From Lama glama (Eukaryota): 64,000 bases of DNA. Both the position numbers and the translations under genes were made by a program. The notes under the pieces are model-generated. The model saw nothing but the letters and a program-made list of their open reading frames with translations. It ran no database searches and had not been told where the DNA came from. Shown here piece after piece: positions 12,101 through 24,050 of this stretch (its first letter is position 1; every line of letters starts with the position of its first letter). The DNA lies in assembly GCA_028534125.1 (NCBI GenBank), contig CM052832.1:19346001-19410000 (forward strand), given 5' to 3'.

Positions 12101-15100
12101 CCATTCCAGATGAGTCAAAACCCAGATCTCCTAGGTTAAAAGACAGCCATTCATAAAATTGCTATGAGGCTAGTATTTAATAGGCAGGGAATTAATTCCC
12201 ATCCCCACTACAGATACTTATTATGAAAGGAACGGAGGACTTATTAAAATAAAATCTGCCATTCTGTGGTTAAAAACAGAAGCTTTATATCTGGTAAACA
12301 ATACCTATGTTTTCTGTAAATCAGACACAGTTCAAAACTCCTATGAACAAAAGTCTTCAAAAACCAAAACATTCCTGACTTTACAAACAAATTTGTAAAG
12401 TCAAAAGTATACTTATCACACAAGTTAATACAGGCACAGCAGGAATCAATCTGCAGGTATGCATTGATATAGATACACTAGTTGTTAAAATATTAAAATA
12501 CTTCCATACCGGCATAATAGTAGCTGAATTAAGTAAATTAATACTATAAAGTCCAACATATACTGTCTATCCCAGCATGAGCTCCTCAGAGCCTGCTCAG
12601 TCTGTGTAGCTGTCACTGACCATTGCCTGTACCTTCTTTTCTTTCCCTCTGTTTTTCCTCTGCTTAGTAAGTGGGCTTCGACCAGTCACCATCTCATTGG
12701 CTGGTGCTAGCCAGTGCTATTGCCTAGTTAACCCAAGTGGGGCCATCTCCTACTCCCTCAGTATATGAAGGCAGACAAAGGGGGCCAGGTTCACTCAATC
12801 CCCACCCATCTCATGTCCCCTCTACTCCCATCTTTTTCTCCTGCTCTGGGTAACATGCTCCTGGCACCGACTCTTCCATGCAGCCAGGTTCTGAACAATA
12901 CTATCCTGACTAAGGGGGCAGGGGGAGATGATGAGAGATTTGTGGGGGCCAGGGAAGCAGTGACCAGCCTTGTTCAGAGCCTGACAGAATCTCCAGACAC
13001 TCAATGATTATCAGTTTAATGGAGGAGTCATTAGAAGTATTGTATGTACATGGTTCCTATGTCAAACAGGAGTATTATTTAGCTACCTCAAAGGACTGTA
13101 CAAACAAGTCAAAGAATGATTTGGAAAGTATTAGGATAATTTGAAGAAAGATTTGTGCTCTAATATTTATCATGTATAATAAGTTTCATGACATATAATT
13201 TAAATTCAGTTAGAAAATAAAATGGAATACAGTCAAAACTTTTTGATATGTTCATTTATATCATATGTAGAGTAAGTATTTTGGTTAAAACTTTTAATTT
13301 TTTTAAATTTTATTTTCTTATTGAAGTGTAGTTAGTTTACAATGTTAGTTTCAGGTGTATAGCAAAGCAATTCAGTTATACATATACATACATATATATA
13401 TCAGATACTTTTCCACTATAGCTTATTATGAGAAACTGAATATGATTCCCTGCCCTATACAGTAGGCCTTTGTTGTTAATCTATTTTGTATATAGTAATG
13501 TGTATCTGTTAATCTTATACTCCTAATTTATCACTCCCCTCCCCCTCCCTCTTTGGTAACCATAGTTTTTTTCTATGTCCATGAGTCTTTCTGGTTTATA
13601 AATAAAATCTGTACCTTTTTTTTTTCAGATTTCACATATAAATGATATCATGATACTTATTTTTCTCTGTCTGACTCACTTCACTTAATATGATAACTTC
13701 TAGGTCCATCCATGTTGCTGCAAATGGCATTATTTCATTCTTTTTTTATGGCTGAGTAATTTTGAATTATCATCCCTAAAAACATTTATTAAAACTAAAC
13801 AAAGGACCTAAAGCCTGAAATGTGCTTCAATGAATGTCATAACATTACTGTCTCAGAGACTCTATGTACTACACCTACAGACTTCAGATCTATGTGACTG
13901 GGTCATAAAGTTTGAGAATTAAGTACTTTCCCCATATAGGATCCTTAGAGATGTTTTTATTTGATAGGAGGGGGTGGTTTGGAAAAGTGCCAACAGAACA
14001 TTACCAATGTGTCCTCCTTCTCAATAGCATTGTAAAGCCAGAAAAATTCAAGAAGCTAAATAAAAACAGGCTTACCCGATACTGCAGGAGTGCTTCTATA
14101 GCTCTAAACTCAAAAGGTAAAGGGTATGTGACAAGTTGACCCTCTCCAGCCAACTGTGAAGGGAGTTCCCGGAATAGCCACTGCTCTAAATTTAAATTAC
14201 GATAATCTAATATCAGAAGACACTCTGGAGTTATCACAGCTTTCAAATACTGTAAAAAAAAAATGTAGATAATGTACACATATGCAAAAATACATATACA
14301 TGTAAATTGCAGAGTTGTAGGAAGAAAAATAACATTCACAAAATAGGATTTAATACTCTATTAATTTTGGATTAAGCCTAAACCAAATCACTGTTTATTT
14401 GGTTTCTCAAGAAAAATCAAGACTTTTTTTAAAGAAAGGAAGCCTTTCTCAACAGAACTCTCAACAGAACTAAAATTAAACAAATTATGTTATTTATTAG
14501 GACTTTCAGGGTAATCATGAGAAATACAGAGAACAAAGGAAACAAGGTAAGATCTTCTTAAAAGTCAGGTATTCAGCAAACTTTTAGAAAAGATTTAGTT
14601 TAATCATGATTAGTTTGGCTGAAATGGGAAAGTTTTCTTTTTTAAACATCACCAAAACATATTAAGCTAATTTGAAATGATAAAGATGAAACAGAGCCTT
14701 AGTGCTCTAATTTAGGACACTATGAAATTAAAAATTTACTCTAAAGAGAAAGCCTGCCTTCTTTCATGTTAGATGAGCAGCACAGAAGGGAAGCCTGTGG
14801 CCCCTGTATTAGTGATATCTTTCACATCTTCCCAACATTTTACAGCTGACCTTCGAACACTTGGGTGAACCATGCAGGTCCACTTACATGCAGGTTGTTT
14901 TCAACAGTAAATGCCATGGTACCACACGACCTGCGGTTGGTTTATCCCAGTATGTGGAAGACGAGGCAGGGAGGAACCGGGACTATACGTTACACGTGGA
15001 GTTTTGACTGTGGGGAGGCTAATCGCCCCCAACCCCTGCGTAGTTTAAGGGTCAAATGTAATAGGAACATTTTTATTCAGAAAAGTTGGAAAATTATACA

Positions 15101-18100
15101 GTGAATACCTATACGCATACCATTTAGGTGAAATAATTAACATTCTGTTAAATTTGCTTTATCATATACTTTTCTCTCTCTTCACCAGAGGTACTGTTTT
15201 GAAAGGTGCTAGCTATAGCTAATAAAATTGAAGAATGTTCTATGGCGAAAAATCACTTGGGAAAATACTAGAATTAATTAAAAAATTAATTCTAGATAAG
15301 TGGACAAAAACTTGCCATCAAAGACTTTTTGAAGAAAGCAAGTCGTGTGTCCACCGTAGGGCCACTACCATTGAAACCTGCGTCCCTTCATTTATTTCTG
15401 AACCCTCAACTTGAGCCCACCAAAACAACTAATTTTCATAATAATTCTGAATCACTGAAGGAAAGTCAAATTATATTTGGTGAACTCTTGGGTAGGCAGG
15501 GGAAGATACAATATATTTTAGAAAGCTTTCCATAAAAATAATAATTTTAATTAAGATGATAGACTGTAAGGATATTCCGGGGCTGTTTGGAAAACCAGAA
15601 ATATATTCTTGTAGCTACAGTTACACTACAATTACACATAACTGAAAATGTCTATTATAAATCAAGAAATATTCTTTCTCCTATTATTTCAGAAACTAGA
15701 TACTGAATTCTAACAGGGAGGATGGAGACTGCAGTCAGAACCTTTCCAACATGAAATGTTACGCCTGCTGAGCAAATGTACCGAATCCACGTAAAATGAG
15801 CTCTACTCCTCACAACACACAACATGTTGTTATAAAACAGCCTATGCCTCACGTAGCTATTTTTATTACAAAATTACTTTTAACCTAGCTATTGATCGAG
15901 ATAGTTAGGAAATAACTTTTACAAGATTGCGGTGGAGAAACGTAGATTAAATAAAGTCCTTTACCTCCATTCTCATGATAATCCTATTGTTTCTGGTTGT
16001 GATGCTCATTAAATGCTGAAACCTCAAATCTCTGGCTTGAAGACCTAATTCTTGATATAAATCAGTTTTCTTCCTTTCTATAAAAAAATTACATTCAATA
16101 AAAAGACTGAAGAGCACAGATCTTTGTATCAGAGTACCCTTCCCACCAGCATTAAGATAATCTTGTATTACTACCAGAAACCAAAGCTAAATTGGATCTT
16201 TTTAATACCCATTTCCACCTCTAAAACACACTCAGGCTAAAGCTGGTCAAACTCTAATTATTCTTTTCTCCTCTTTTCTGCATTTTAGCAATTTCTGGCT
16301 TTAGATTCATGTTTTTAAAAAATATTGATTATACAGAATTACAATTTCTATTTTTCCTCACTACATTATCTTTAGCAATTTAAAACTATGAATAGATAAG
16401 TTCAATTTTCTTTGTTCTTGGACTAGTACAAAATGAGAAAATAAAGGAAGTTCTCACACTAGACTCTCCTACCTGAAATAAAACTCAAGAAATGATGCTG
16501 GTTATATTAGCGTAGTATTAAACACCACATCTATGACAAAGCTTTAAGTAGAGCAATGTTTTGAAGGGGATACTGAGCCAAAAACACCCAAAATACTCCA
16601 CTGAGCTCTCAGCAACAGCAGGAACAGGATCATGGGGTGGGAAGTACATGGGAGACCCGAAACCTGCACCTGACGTCAGATAGTAAAGTAATGCTTAGTT
16701 TCATCTGGAAAGTAACTGCTGTTGGCAGAGGTCCACCCTAGCACCATCCAGTGCCCCTCCCCTCCTGTCTGCCGTCCCCCACTGCAGTGTCAGCCGTGTT
16801 ATGTGATTCCACCCTCAGCATGCTACAGCAGAAGATGAACTTGAGGACCAGGGCAGTGAAAGGGAGACTAAGAAGAGAAAAGGGAAAAGAGTGTTTCTCT
16901 CTCAGCTGCACAGCAGCCTACATGCTTCCTTTAACATTGTTAGAGTGAAAGTAGCTCTTGACCAAAAAACAAACAAACAAAAAAACCCCAAAACACCCCC
17001 CAAAACTCCAGTATAGTTCAGATATTGTCAGTTCCAATTAGGACTGATTGGCAAATGCTGAAGAAATATCTCCTCCAACACATTCATATATGCAAAGAAT
17101 AGTCTACTCCAAACACTTATTTTCTTGACTTCCATCAAGTTCATTCACTGATTAAAAGAGTAATTTAAAAGAAAATTAAAGATACTCACCAAAAGAAGTA
17201 ACCTTTCCCTCTTTGTCAAATTTTGTCTGAAAAGAGACAATAAAAACAAAATATTATTTCCTCCCAAATTAGTATACTATTTATGGTATTATGATAATAT
17301 CTCCCAAATTCTGAAATGCAGAAAAAAGCCATAATTGCCCTTCTTTAGGTTAAATTTAGTTATGAGTTAGGGTTAAAATGACCTCCTTTTTCTTTGCTGG
17401 GCCATGTGACCTTGGATTAACTTTCTCTCTCAGCTCCTCTGGAGATCTGACAAAGGAGTACCAGTTGCGTTACTAGGCAACATCGCTTACAGTAAAAATG
17501 CCTAGCGACTGGTAGGCAGACTGCACTGGGCTGGGAAGATTAAGAGCAGATCACAGACACCTGGTGGGAAGCCACAGTTCTGTCCTTCCCTTTGTGTGGC
17601 ACCTCCTGTAACTATGCTCCTCGTGGGAGCCCTGGATATGCCTCTGAGATGGTTACAAGAGATGCTGTCACTAGAGGGCATGGAGATTCCAAGCCAGGTG
17701 GACCTCACACCTACCTTTGAGAATACCCTCTCCTTGTTCCTGAGCTGTCACTGAGAAGCCTCTGGATGGCTGTAAGAAGTTCTTTTTAAGAGAAAACACC
17801 TAATGTTGCCCTTCTGCATTTCCTACCCTTTATCCTTCTGAATAGATGGGACCCAGTGTGGCTTATCTTGTGAATGTAAGTATCCACGGGAGGCTATGAA
17901 GTCTCTCTGGTGGGCACTGCAGAATCAGTATTTACAGAAAAGGCCTCTTCCGATAGTCTGAAGAGAGGACATGATGCAGTAATCGTGCTTATTTCTTGAA
18001 AAGCAGAGAGGAACATTTTTCTGTAATACTTGTGCACAATCAAGTTTGAAGATGTCAAATAATATTTAATGAATCACTATGTGCTGGGCTGTATTTATTA

Positions 18101-21100
18101 CTTTTAAATATGCATTTTCAGGAAGACATACTCTAACATATAGTTTAGATACAATCTAAGTCCTGGGTTATTACCATGGAAACAAATGCATGTGGCATTA
18201 ATAATAACACAATAAAACCCGAGAATATACACTTCACCTTGCTGCTCGTGAGCAAAGGTAAGAATATTTGAGTACCATAAAACAGAGTTAAAGGGAAATT
18301 TCCATCAAGGGAAGTTTTATGCTTTGTATAACACAGACTAGCTTTCCTTCTTAAACTTTTTTCACAAATACACATACCTGCTGCAGAAAACTCAACAATA
18401 AAGTAAAATAAAACTCTGGTCACCCGAAATGACAAATTTAGAGAAAACCATGCTAATACTTTACTGAATGTCTTTCCAGACTTTTTCCAATTAAATATTC
18501 ATGTTACACATGCTTCTTTATAGTCTCTCCTCCACTTTCACCTTAACAATATATTTTTGAATATTTTTGCATTTCAATATATATCATTTTTTTCCTTTAA
18601 TGGGATTTTTTTCTAATTAAAAAATCATACAAACTATGATTTAAAAAAAAACTGTTTACCCTGTAATGTAATTCACATTATTTCAAACAGCATCAATTGA
18701 TTTTCTTAAGTGCTCTTGGTAGACAATGATTTCACCTGCAGAGAACCTTCTTTTCATATTTAACACCTGATACTGTATTCTTGTTTAATTAAACTGGCTA
18801 ACTCNNNNNNNNNNNNNNNNNNNNNNNNNNNNNNNNNNNNNNNNNNNNNNNNNNNNNNNNNNNNNNNNNNNNNNNNNNNNNNNNNNNNNNNNNNNNNNNN
18901 NNNNNNNNNNNNNNNNNNNNNNNNNNNNNNNNNNNNNNNNNNNNNNNNNNNNNNNNNNNNNNNNNNNNNNNNNNNNNNNNNNNNNNNNNNNNNNNNNNNN
19001 NNNNNNNNNNNNNNNNNNNNNNNNNNNNNNNNNNNNNNNNNNNNNNNNNNNNNNNNNNNNNNNNNNNNNNNNNNNNNNNNNNNNNNNNNNNNNNNNNNNN
19101 NNNNNNNNNNNNNNNNNNNNNNNNNNNNNNNNNNNNNNNNNNNNNNNNNNNNNNNNNNNNNNNNNNNNNNNNNNNNNNNNNNNNNNNNNNNNNNNNNNNN
19201 NNNNNNNNNNNNNNNNNNNNNNNNNNNNNNNNNNNNNNNNNNNNNNNNNNNNNNNNNNNNNNNNNNNNNNNNNNNNNNNNNNNNNNNNNNNNNNNNNNNN
19301 NNNNTTTTTTTCTAATTAAAAAATCATACAAACTATGATTTAAAAAAAAACTGTTTACCCTGTAATGTAATTCACATTATTTCAAACAGCATCAATTGAT
19401 TTTCTTAAGTGCTCTTGGTAGACAATGATTTCACCTGCAGAGAACCTTCTTTTCATATTTAACACCTGATACTGTATTCTTGTTTAATTAAACTGGCTAA
19501 CTCCCCCAGAACAGTGAATAACAGTGACAACTTTCACATGTAATTCTGGGGGTTATCTTGTTCTGTATGGCTTACAAAGAAAAATTCTTATGTTAATAAG
19601 CCTAAGTAATAATGATGATAAAATGGCTAATATATAGTGAATGCCTACCACGTGTGAGTTAGTATTTTAGAGGTTTTACATACGTTACTTAAACCTCACA
19701 ATTCTATAAGGCAGGTACTATTACCCCAGTTTATAGATGAGAAAACTAAGGCACAAAAATGTTATAACTTGTCCAAGCCTTTCCAGTTAGTAAGAGACAG
19801 AGCTGAGATCGGAATTTAGGAACTCTGGCTGAGAGCAAGCACATTTTTAACAATTAAACTTTAAAAAAAAAACCTAAAAGCTTACAAAAATGAAGAATAT
19901 TACAACCAATTCCCATGTAACTATCTAGTCACTCTTTAACATTTGCCCCAATGGCCTTATTTTTTTCTCTAAATACGTGTGTGATACACATTGTTCCTGC
20001 TATTTCATTCATTTATTTTCTTTCTGAACCGCTTTAGGGAAAGATGCAGAGATCACGACCCTTCAAAGCACGCACCCTTAAGCGTTATACTGCACTGCCT
20101 TCAAAATGCTTCTGCTGCATGATGCATAGCACAGGTCCAAGCCCCTCGGCGGCTAGCAGCCTTCAAGGCCTTCTATAGGTTTCTGGGGAAATCACAAGTA
20201 TTCAAAGCAGCAGCTCTCAACTGTGATCTGAATCCCCTGTTCTGGTATCAAGAGAAGCTCCACAATCATTAGCAACGTTTCAAGAGTGCTGTGAAGCAAA
20301 TCTAGCTGGCAACTCAAGCAAAACAGACAGTGACTTTTAAATGATTCATTATAAAACGGTGTAAGTCACGTCTTGGCCGACCAGTCCAACCCAGTTAACT
20401 TAAAAAGTACGGGAAATATTTTCTGTAAGTCATCAAACAGACCATACATACTCACCACAGTAAACACTGGGGCTACACTGGCTAAGGTGGCTTGAGAGAC
20501 ATCAGAAGTTCTAAACCGGTGAGTTTCACCTGAAGAAAGAATTAGAGAATTCCTTGTGATCATATGACTGGTTTTCACACAGAGCTAAGATACAACTTTC
20601 ACAGTACGTGGAGGTGTTCAGACTGTCTTACTAGTTTTTTTTTCAGATCTTATTCCTTCCTATTTATTACACACATTTAAAGACATGTAATTGGTTACCA
20701 TCTGAGGTTTGTTGGTTGCCTTTTACAAAATATAAATCATTATCAGGGTCAGCTGAATAAAGGTTAAAGCGCTATAAAGAGCTATAAACCAGCATTTGCT
20801 AATCAGTCACAAATTAAATCAAGTGTTACCAGGACGGAGATCCTGAATTTCAATGTTTGTCCTGAAACAATTGATGGGCTGAAACCAGGTTCCTAAGCAT
20901 TTATCAAAGAAGGGAATATGAAATGTAACCGAATTCGGAAAGACTCTCCGAATGAGTTAGGGGCAGGAGGTGGTAACAGTGAGTTACTTTGGAAGCATTT
21001 TTAAAATACAACCCAGATAACTTATTTGATGACAGTGCGGTACTCTTGAGAAACCATACACTTTAATGTCTTTCGTTTCTGGGCAATATTAGCACCCATA

Positions 21101-21217
21101 TTCTCACCATCATGGTTTATCGTTTGGTTTAAAAATAAATAACTCAGCTACCCCCTTCTCCCGGCTCTCCCCCAACCCCGACACAGACACAGACACAGAC
21201 ACACACAGACACAGACA

Positions 21218-21252
<35 letters not shown>

Positions 21253-21960
21253 TGGCTGTCTGATTTACACGGTACTTGAAAACAAAGTCTGAACTTTCTC
21301 AGGAGCAATGCTCCCCATTAAGTCTCAAAGACTTCAGCCTCACTTCTAGATGCGCCTCCAACCCTTACCCGAGCAACTGGACAACTGTATAAATGTGTCC
21401 ATAAGAGAACCGAATCCTTATAAAAATATTTCACGCATGTAGCCCAATTCTGGCTTCAGCACTATTATGATGGGTAAAAGTGAAACTTGTTTTAAAAAAA
21501 TCCTTCTTACAAGCGCACTGAGGCGGGAGATTTGCAGAGAGGCGCTGGGGAGGACAGGACACTGGGCGCGATGCTCAGTGGCGTCCGGGGCTGGTGGGAC
21601 GCAGCCCAGCCCGCGGGCCTATGCAAGGTGACAGAACACTGGGGCGCTCAAGGGCGGGCCAGGAGGCCGACGCCGGAGTAGGACGTGGGGCGGGCAGCCA
21701 CAACCATGTGGGGTCAGGCGTTCGGGTCCGGGCCCTGGGGTCACCACAAGGCCGGCGTCCCGGGACTGGCGGGTGGGGAGAGCAGTACCTGCCACGCGGA
21801 GCCGCCGGGGCCCGCAGAGCGGAGCGGCCCGCCTCCTTCCGAGCAGCTGGGCGGCGCGACCGCAGGAGGCAACCTGGGACACCCCAGGAGTCAGGCCCAA
21901 GGCCAGAGAGCACAGGCTGCGTCGGGGCAGGAGCTGGGCCAGGCCCCGCAGGCATTCCAT
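61..21960 (-). CDS. MRS2: Magnesium transporter MRS2 homolog, mitochondrial (complete 11-exon CDS, 437 aa)
   Basis: Join (minus): 21789-21960, 20456-20529, 17190-17226, 15965-16077, 14076-14249, 11827-11957, 10682-10798, 9103-9255, 8731-8848, 728-841, 61-171. Total 1314 nt, all GT-AG, phases compatible, no internal stop. Protein runs MECLRG...[14 protein letters not shown]...SVLTNR* and carries the CorA/MRS2 GMN motif. Confidence 0.97.
490..710 (-). mobile_element. MIR SINE
   Basis: tgtgccaggcactgtgcta...acagatggggaaattgag...aagtaacttgctcagggtc MIR core. Confidence 0.7.
728..841 (-). CDS. MRS2: MRS2 exon 10 (TM2)
   Basis: ttttag|GACCAT...CCTGTG|gtatga; [38 protein letters not shown]; 114 nt. 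Confidence 0.96.
2020..2754 (+). mobile_element. Old L1MC-type 3' region, left part (interrupted by the younger L1)
   Basis: Recognisable L1MC-like 3' UTR text ending ...gtgtttttaaaaaatatatactga; resumes at 7211. Confidence 0.6.
2755..6920 (+). mobile_element. LINE-1, degenerate and internally deleted (5' UTR + ORF2 + partial 3' UTR; no ORF1), in MRS2 intron 9
   Basis: GC-rich 5' UTR 2755-~3615, then ORF2 fragments: [17 protein letters not shown] (EN), [22 protein letters not shown] (RT, FADD degenerate), [14 protein letters not shown] (C-terminal). Many frameshifts and stops. Confidence 0.93.
6708..6807. other. Assembly gap (100 N)
   Basis: Run of N. Confidence 1.
7211..7400 (+). mobile_element. 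Old L1MC-type 3' region, right part
   Basis: actgaaatgtctagaggtaaagggacatcacatctg...tactctcaaatg continues the element broken at 2754. Confidence 0.6.
7960..8462 (+). mobile_element. L2 LINE 3' fragment
   Basis: Pyrimidine-rich L2-like body ending aaggacagggac...taggcactaaaaaacatgtttg...tgaatgaat. Confidence 0.65.
8731..8848 (-). CDS. MRS2: MRS2 exon 9 (TM1 and GMN motif)
   Basis: ctctag|CCACCGA...GAGGAG|gtgaga; [40 protein letters not shown]; 118 nt. Confidence 0.97.
9103..9255 (-). CDS. MRS2: MRS2 exon 8
   Basis: ttaaag|TGAAAAG...GGACAG|gtgagg; [51 protein letters not shown]; 153 nt. Confidence 0.96.
9913..10033 (+). mobile_element. tRNA-derived SINE, Vic-1-like (camelid)
   Basis: A box (tagctcaggtgg), B box (gggttcaacccc) and A-rich tail; perfect 15-bp TSD agaatacagaaaact at 9898-9912 and 10034-10048. 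Confidence 0.85.
10682..10798 (-). CDS. MRS2: MRS2 exon 7
   Basis: cttacag|CCTGTCA...CAAGTCTT|gtaagc; [39 protein letters not shown]; 117 nt. Confidence 0.96.
11320..11500 (+). mobile_element. MIR SINE
   Basis: gatttgaatttagatctgccatttagtagctgt...cctcaattttcttatcttcaaaatgagg. Confidence 0.6.
11827..11957 (-). CDS. MRS2: MRS2 exon 6
   Basis: tctag|ATCAAC...GGCAAAAG|gtaaat; [43 protein letters not shown]; 131 nt. Confidence 0.96.
13298..13760 (-). mobile_element. L1 3' end fragment
   Basis: T-rich tail followed by attgaagtgtagttagtttacaatg...ggtccatccatgttgctgcaaatggc...atggctgagtaat. Confidence 0.85.
14076..14249 (-). CDS. MRS2: MRS2 exon 5
   Basis: ttttacag|TATTTG...TATCGG|gtaagc; [16 protein letters not shown]...[15 protein letters not shown]; 174 nt. 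Confidence 0.96.
14843..15058. mobile_element. TcMar-Tigger non-autonomous DNA transposon (Tigger2/MER8-like)
   Basis: Terminal inverted repeats cagctgaccttcgaac / gtttaagggtcaaatg flanked by TA on both sides. Confidence 0.75.
15965..16077 (-). CDS. MRS2: MRS2 exon 4
   Basis: atag|AAAGGAAG...ATGGAG|gtaaa; [38 protein letters not shown]; 113 nt. Confidence 0.96.
17190..17226 (-). CDS. MRS2: MRS2 exon 3
   Basis: tttcag|ACAAAA...TTTG|gtgagt; [12 protein letters not shown]; 37 nt. Confidence 0.95.
18805..19304. other. Assembly gap (500 N) flanked by a duplicated 199-bp sequence
   Basis: Run of N; 18606-18804 is repeated at 19305-19503. Confidence 1.
19610..19850 (-). mobile_element. MIR SINE
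   Basis: aggtactattaccccagtttatagatgagaaaactaaggcac...aacttgtccaag. Confidence 0.75.
20456..20529 (-). CDS. MRS2: MRS2 exon 2
   Basis: ttcag|GTGAAACT...ACTGTG|gtgagt; [25 protein letters not shown]; 74 nt. Confidence 0.96.
21181..21250. repeat. Compound (ACAGAC)n/(CA)n microsatellite in MRS2 intron 1
   Basis: Directly visible. Confidence 0.95.
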
Positions 21961-22320
21961 GGAGCTGCAGCGAAGAGGAGGCAGCTGCGAGATCCCTGCC
22001 CCTCATGCCGGACGGTGGCTGAGCGGCCGGCACTGCGCGACCCTGCGCGGCCGCCCAAGGTGCAGCCGCTGTGTACTGGGCATGCGCGGGGCGGACCGCG
22101 CAGGCGTGTAATCTCTCGCGCATGCTCAGAAAATGCCTTTGGGTGCGCTTCTCGCTTCCCTTGGCCAATCGGAGTTTACCTCTTGCACCTGCGCCAGCGC
22201 CTGTAAATTGTGTAGGGACTGGCTTCCGGGCGGGTGGGGCGCGATTACCTGCGCGAGGCGAGCTATTTAACCTAGATTCGACCCTTGAGCCCTTGGAGTG
22301 GTCGGGCTAGCACGTAGGTT
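21510..22320 (-). promoter_or_regulatory. MRS2 CpG island and promoter with NRF1-like, GC-box, CCAAT and ETS/GABP motifs
   Basis: CpG-dense region. NRF1-like tgggcatgcgcg (22077-22088) and cgcgcatgctca (22117-22128); ggggcgg at ~22088-22094; ccaat at ~22165; cttccgg at 22223-22229. Confidence 0.8.
21789..21960 (-). CDS. MRS2: MRS2 exon 1 (coding part; Arg-rich mitochondrial presequence)
   Basis: ATG at 21960-21958 in gctccATGG context; [22 protein letters not shown]...PRRLRVA; donor GCAG|gtactg. Confidence 0.95.
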
Positions 22321-22559
22321 GTCTATTATTTCTATTAACTAGTAATCGTTAAATGTGAGAAAACACCCAACATGTGTATAATGCTTTGCAGTTTCTGGAG
22401 CATTTTTGTACTTGTGATTTGGAAGTGAGGAAGTTATGCCCATTTCCAACTCAAACTATATTTAAGTTTAACGTAGCAAAAATAATTAACTGTCATATAG
22501 ACTGATAATATTAAATTTTTGCTAGTGAAGATTTGGTGAATGTAAACACAGGTTTTACA

Positions 22560-22725
22560 TTACGTGTTTAATCAAATAAAACGATCAATTTCAAGGTGCC
22601 ATTATTTTATATACCACCAAGAAAGAAAATTCGGTGATAAACTGCTAATTATACCATTTAGGAGTCATCCCCATTTCAGTCTTTAAAATATGAAAAAAGT
22701 GAGGCTTAGAATTGATTAAATACAG
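22560..22725. mobile_element. MER104/Kanga-like Tc2 DNA transposon remnant
   Basis: ...catccccatttcagtctttaaaatatgaaaaaagtgaggcttagaattgattaaatacag resembles the MER104 terminus. Confidence 0.5.
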
Positions 22726-23169
22726 TAGATAGGCATATTTTTGAAGTGTCAGTTAATAAACTTGTCCTTTCCAAGGCAGTAATGCAAGGCAGATGTGAGT
22801 TTCACAGATTTCCATTCAATAACTATGTATGAACACAGAGCCAAAGAAACACGAGAGAACTTTTTTTTCCCCTGTAGGGTATTGGAACTGAGGGTGGATT
22901 GACAGGGGTATTTGTGTGTGTGGTGGGGTGAGGTCTGAAGTCTGGAAAGAGCCCTGGGTATAGAGAACATGACTGGAAGATTTTTCATTTAACTAAGGGC
23001 TTCAACGATGAAGCACATTTTTCAAAAACATCGCATGCCTTCAGAGACATTTCTTGGAAACAATATGTGATAACTCTTTTTAAAAATTTAGCCCTGAGTG
23101 CAATGAGACAGCTTTGTTTAAGATGATCCTTTACAAAGCCTTAGAAAAACTCTGGGACATGTCCACACA

Positions 23170-24050
23170 CATGGCCTTATAACTCATGTCAAGGATTTGG
23201 AATTTAACCTGAGGAGGGTGGGAGTTATTGGGGGGACTTTGAGCAGAGAGGTAAACCTGATTTATGTTTAAACAGATGGCTCTGGCTGTATGGGGAGAAG
23301 ATTACAGAAAGGTAAATGTGAGAACCGAGAGATGGGGATGTTGGTTTGGGTTAAGATGGAGGTGGTGGAGAAGGGGAGACTGGATAGATTTGGTGCTATC
23401 TACTGAAGGATGAGTTGACAAGATTTGCAGATAGGACGTAAGTAAAGAACATGGAAGCTGACTCCAAAATGTTTGGCCTAAACAGCTGGGCAATCATGAG
23501 TGATATTTACTGAGACAGGGAATTTTGGAGAGGAGCAAGTTTAGATGGAAAATAGGTTATGGCTTGGCATTTGGTTCTGGATGGACATGTTAAATTTGAC
23601 AGCTCTGTTAGATATCTAATCATAGATACCAAGTAGGCAGTCTGGAATTTGGGGGAGAATTTGGAGCTAAATATATATATACATATTTTTTTGAGTCTAT
23701 ATAGAAAAATTTAAAGCCATGTGATTGGGTAAGATCTCTTAGGAAATAAGACAGCAGAGAGAAAAGTTCCTGTGATTCAACTGGAACCTCCAACATTTCA
23801 TGGTTAAGAAGAGGGGATAGACCAACAGAAGAATATGAGAAGGTGTGGCCAGGAAGGAAGAGTAAAATTAGAGAGGGTGGGATCCTTGAAGCCAAGGGAA
23901 GAAAGTGTTTCAGGAATGAGGAAGTGATCAATTATGTTAAGTGCTACTGATAGGTAAGATGATAAATCAGAATTGTCTATGTTGGAGGTGACACTATGGA
24001 GCTTACTGGTGATCTTGATAGGAGCAGTTTTCATAGGGTGGTAGGGAATG
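23170..24050 (-). mobile_element. L2 LINE fragment
   Basis: Purine-rich antisense L2 text (aaggatttggaattt...ctttgagcagagag...ggacatgttaaatttga...gaagccaagggaagaaagtgtttcagg). Confidence 0.75.

Noticed and set aside
18798..19331. 177-aa ORF, and ORFs over 6601-6875
   Set aside because: Artefacts of translating through N runs.
21575..22310. Several long ORFs (113-197 aa) on both strands around MRS2 exon 1
   Set aside because: Expected stop-codon depletion in a CpG island. They are Pro/Arg/Ala/Gly-rich with no recognisable domain; only the MECLRG frame splices into MRS2.
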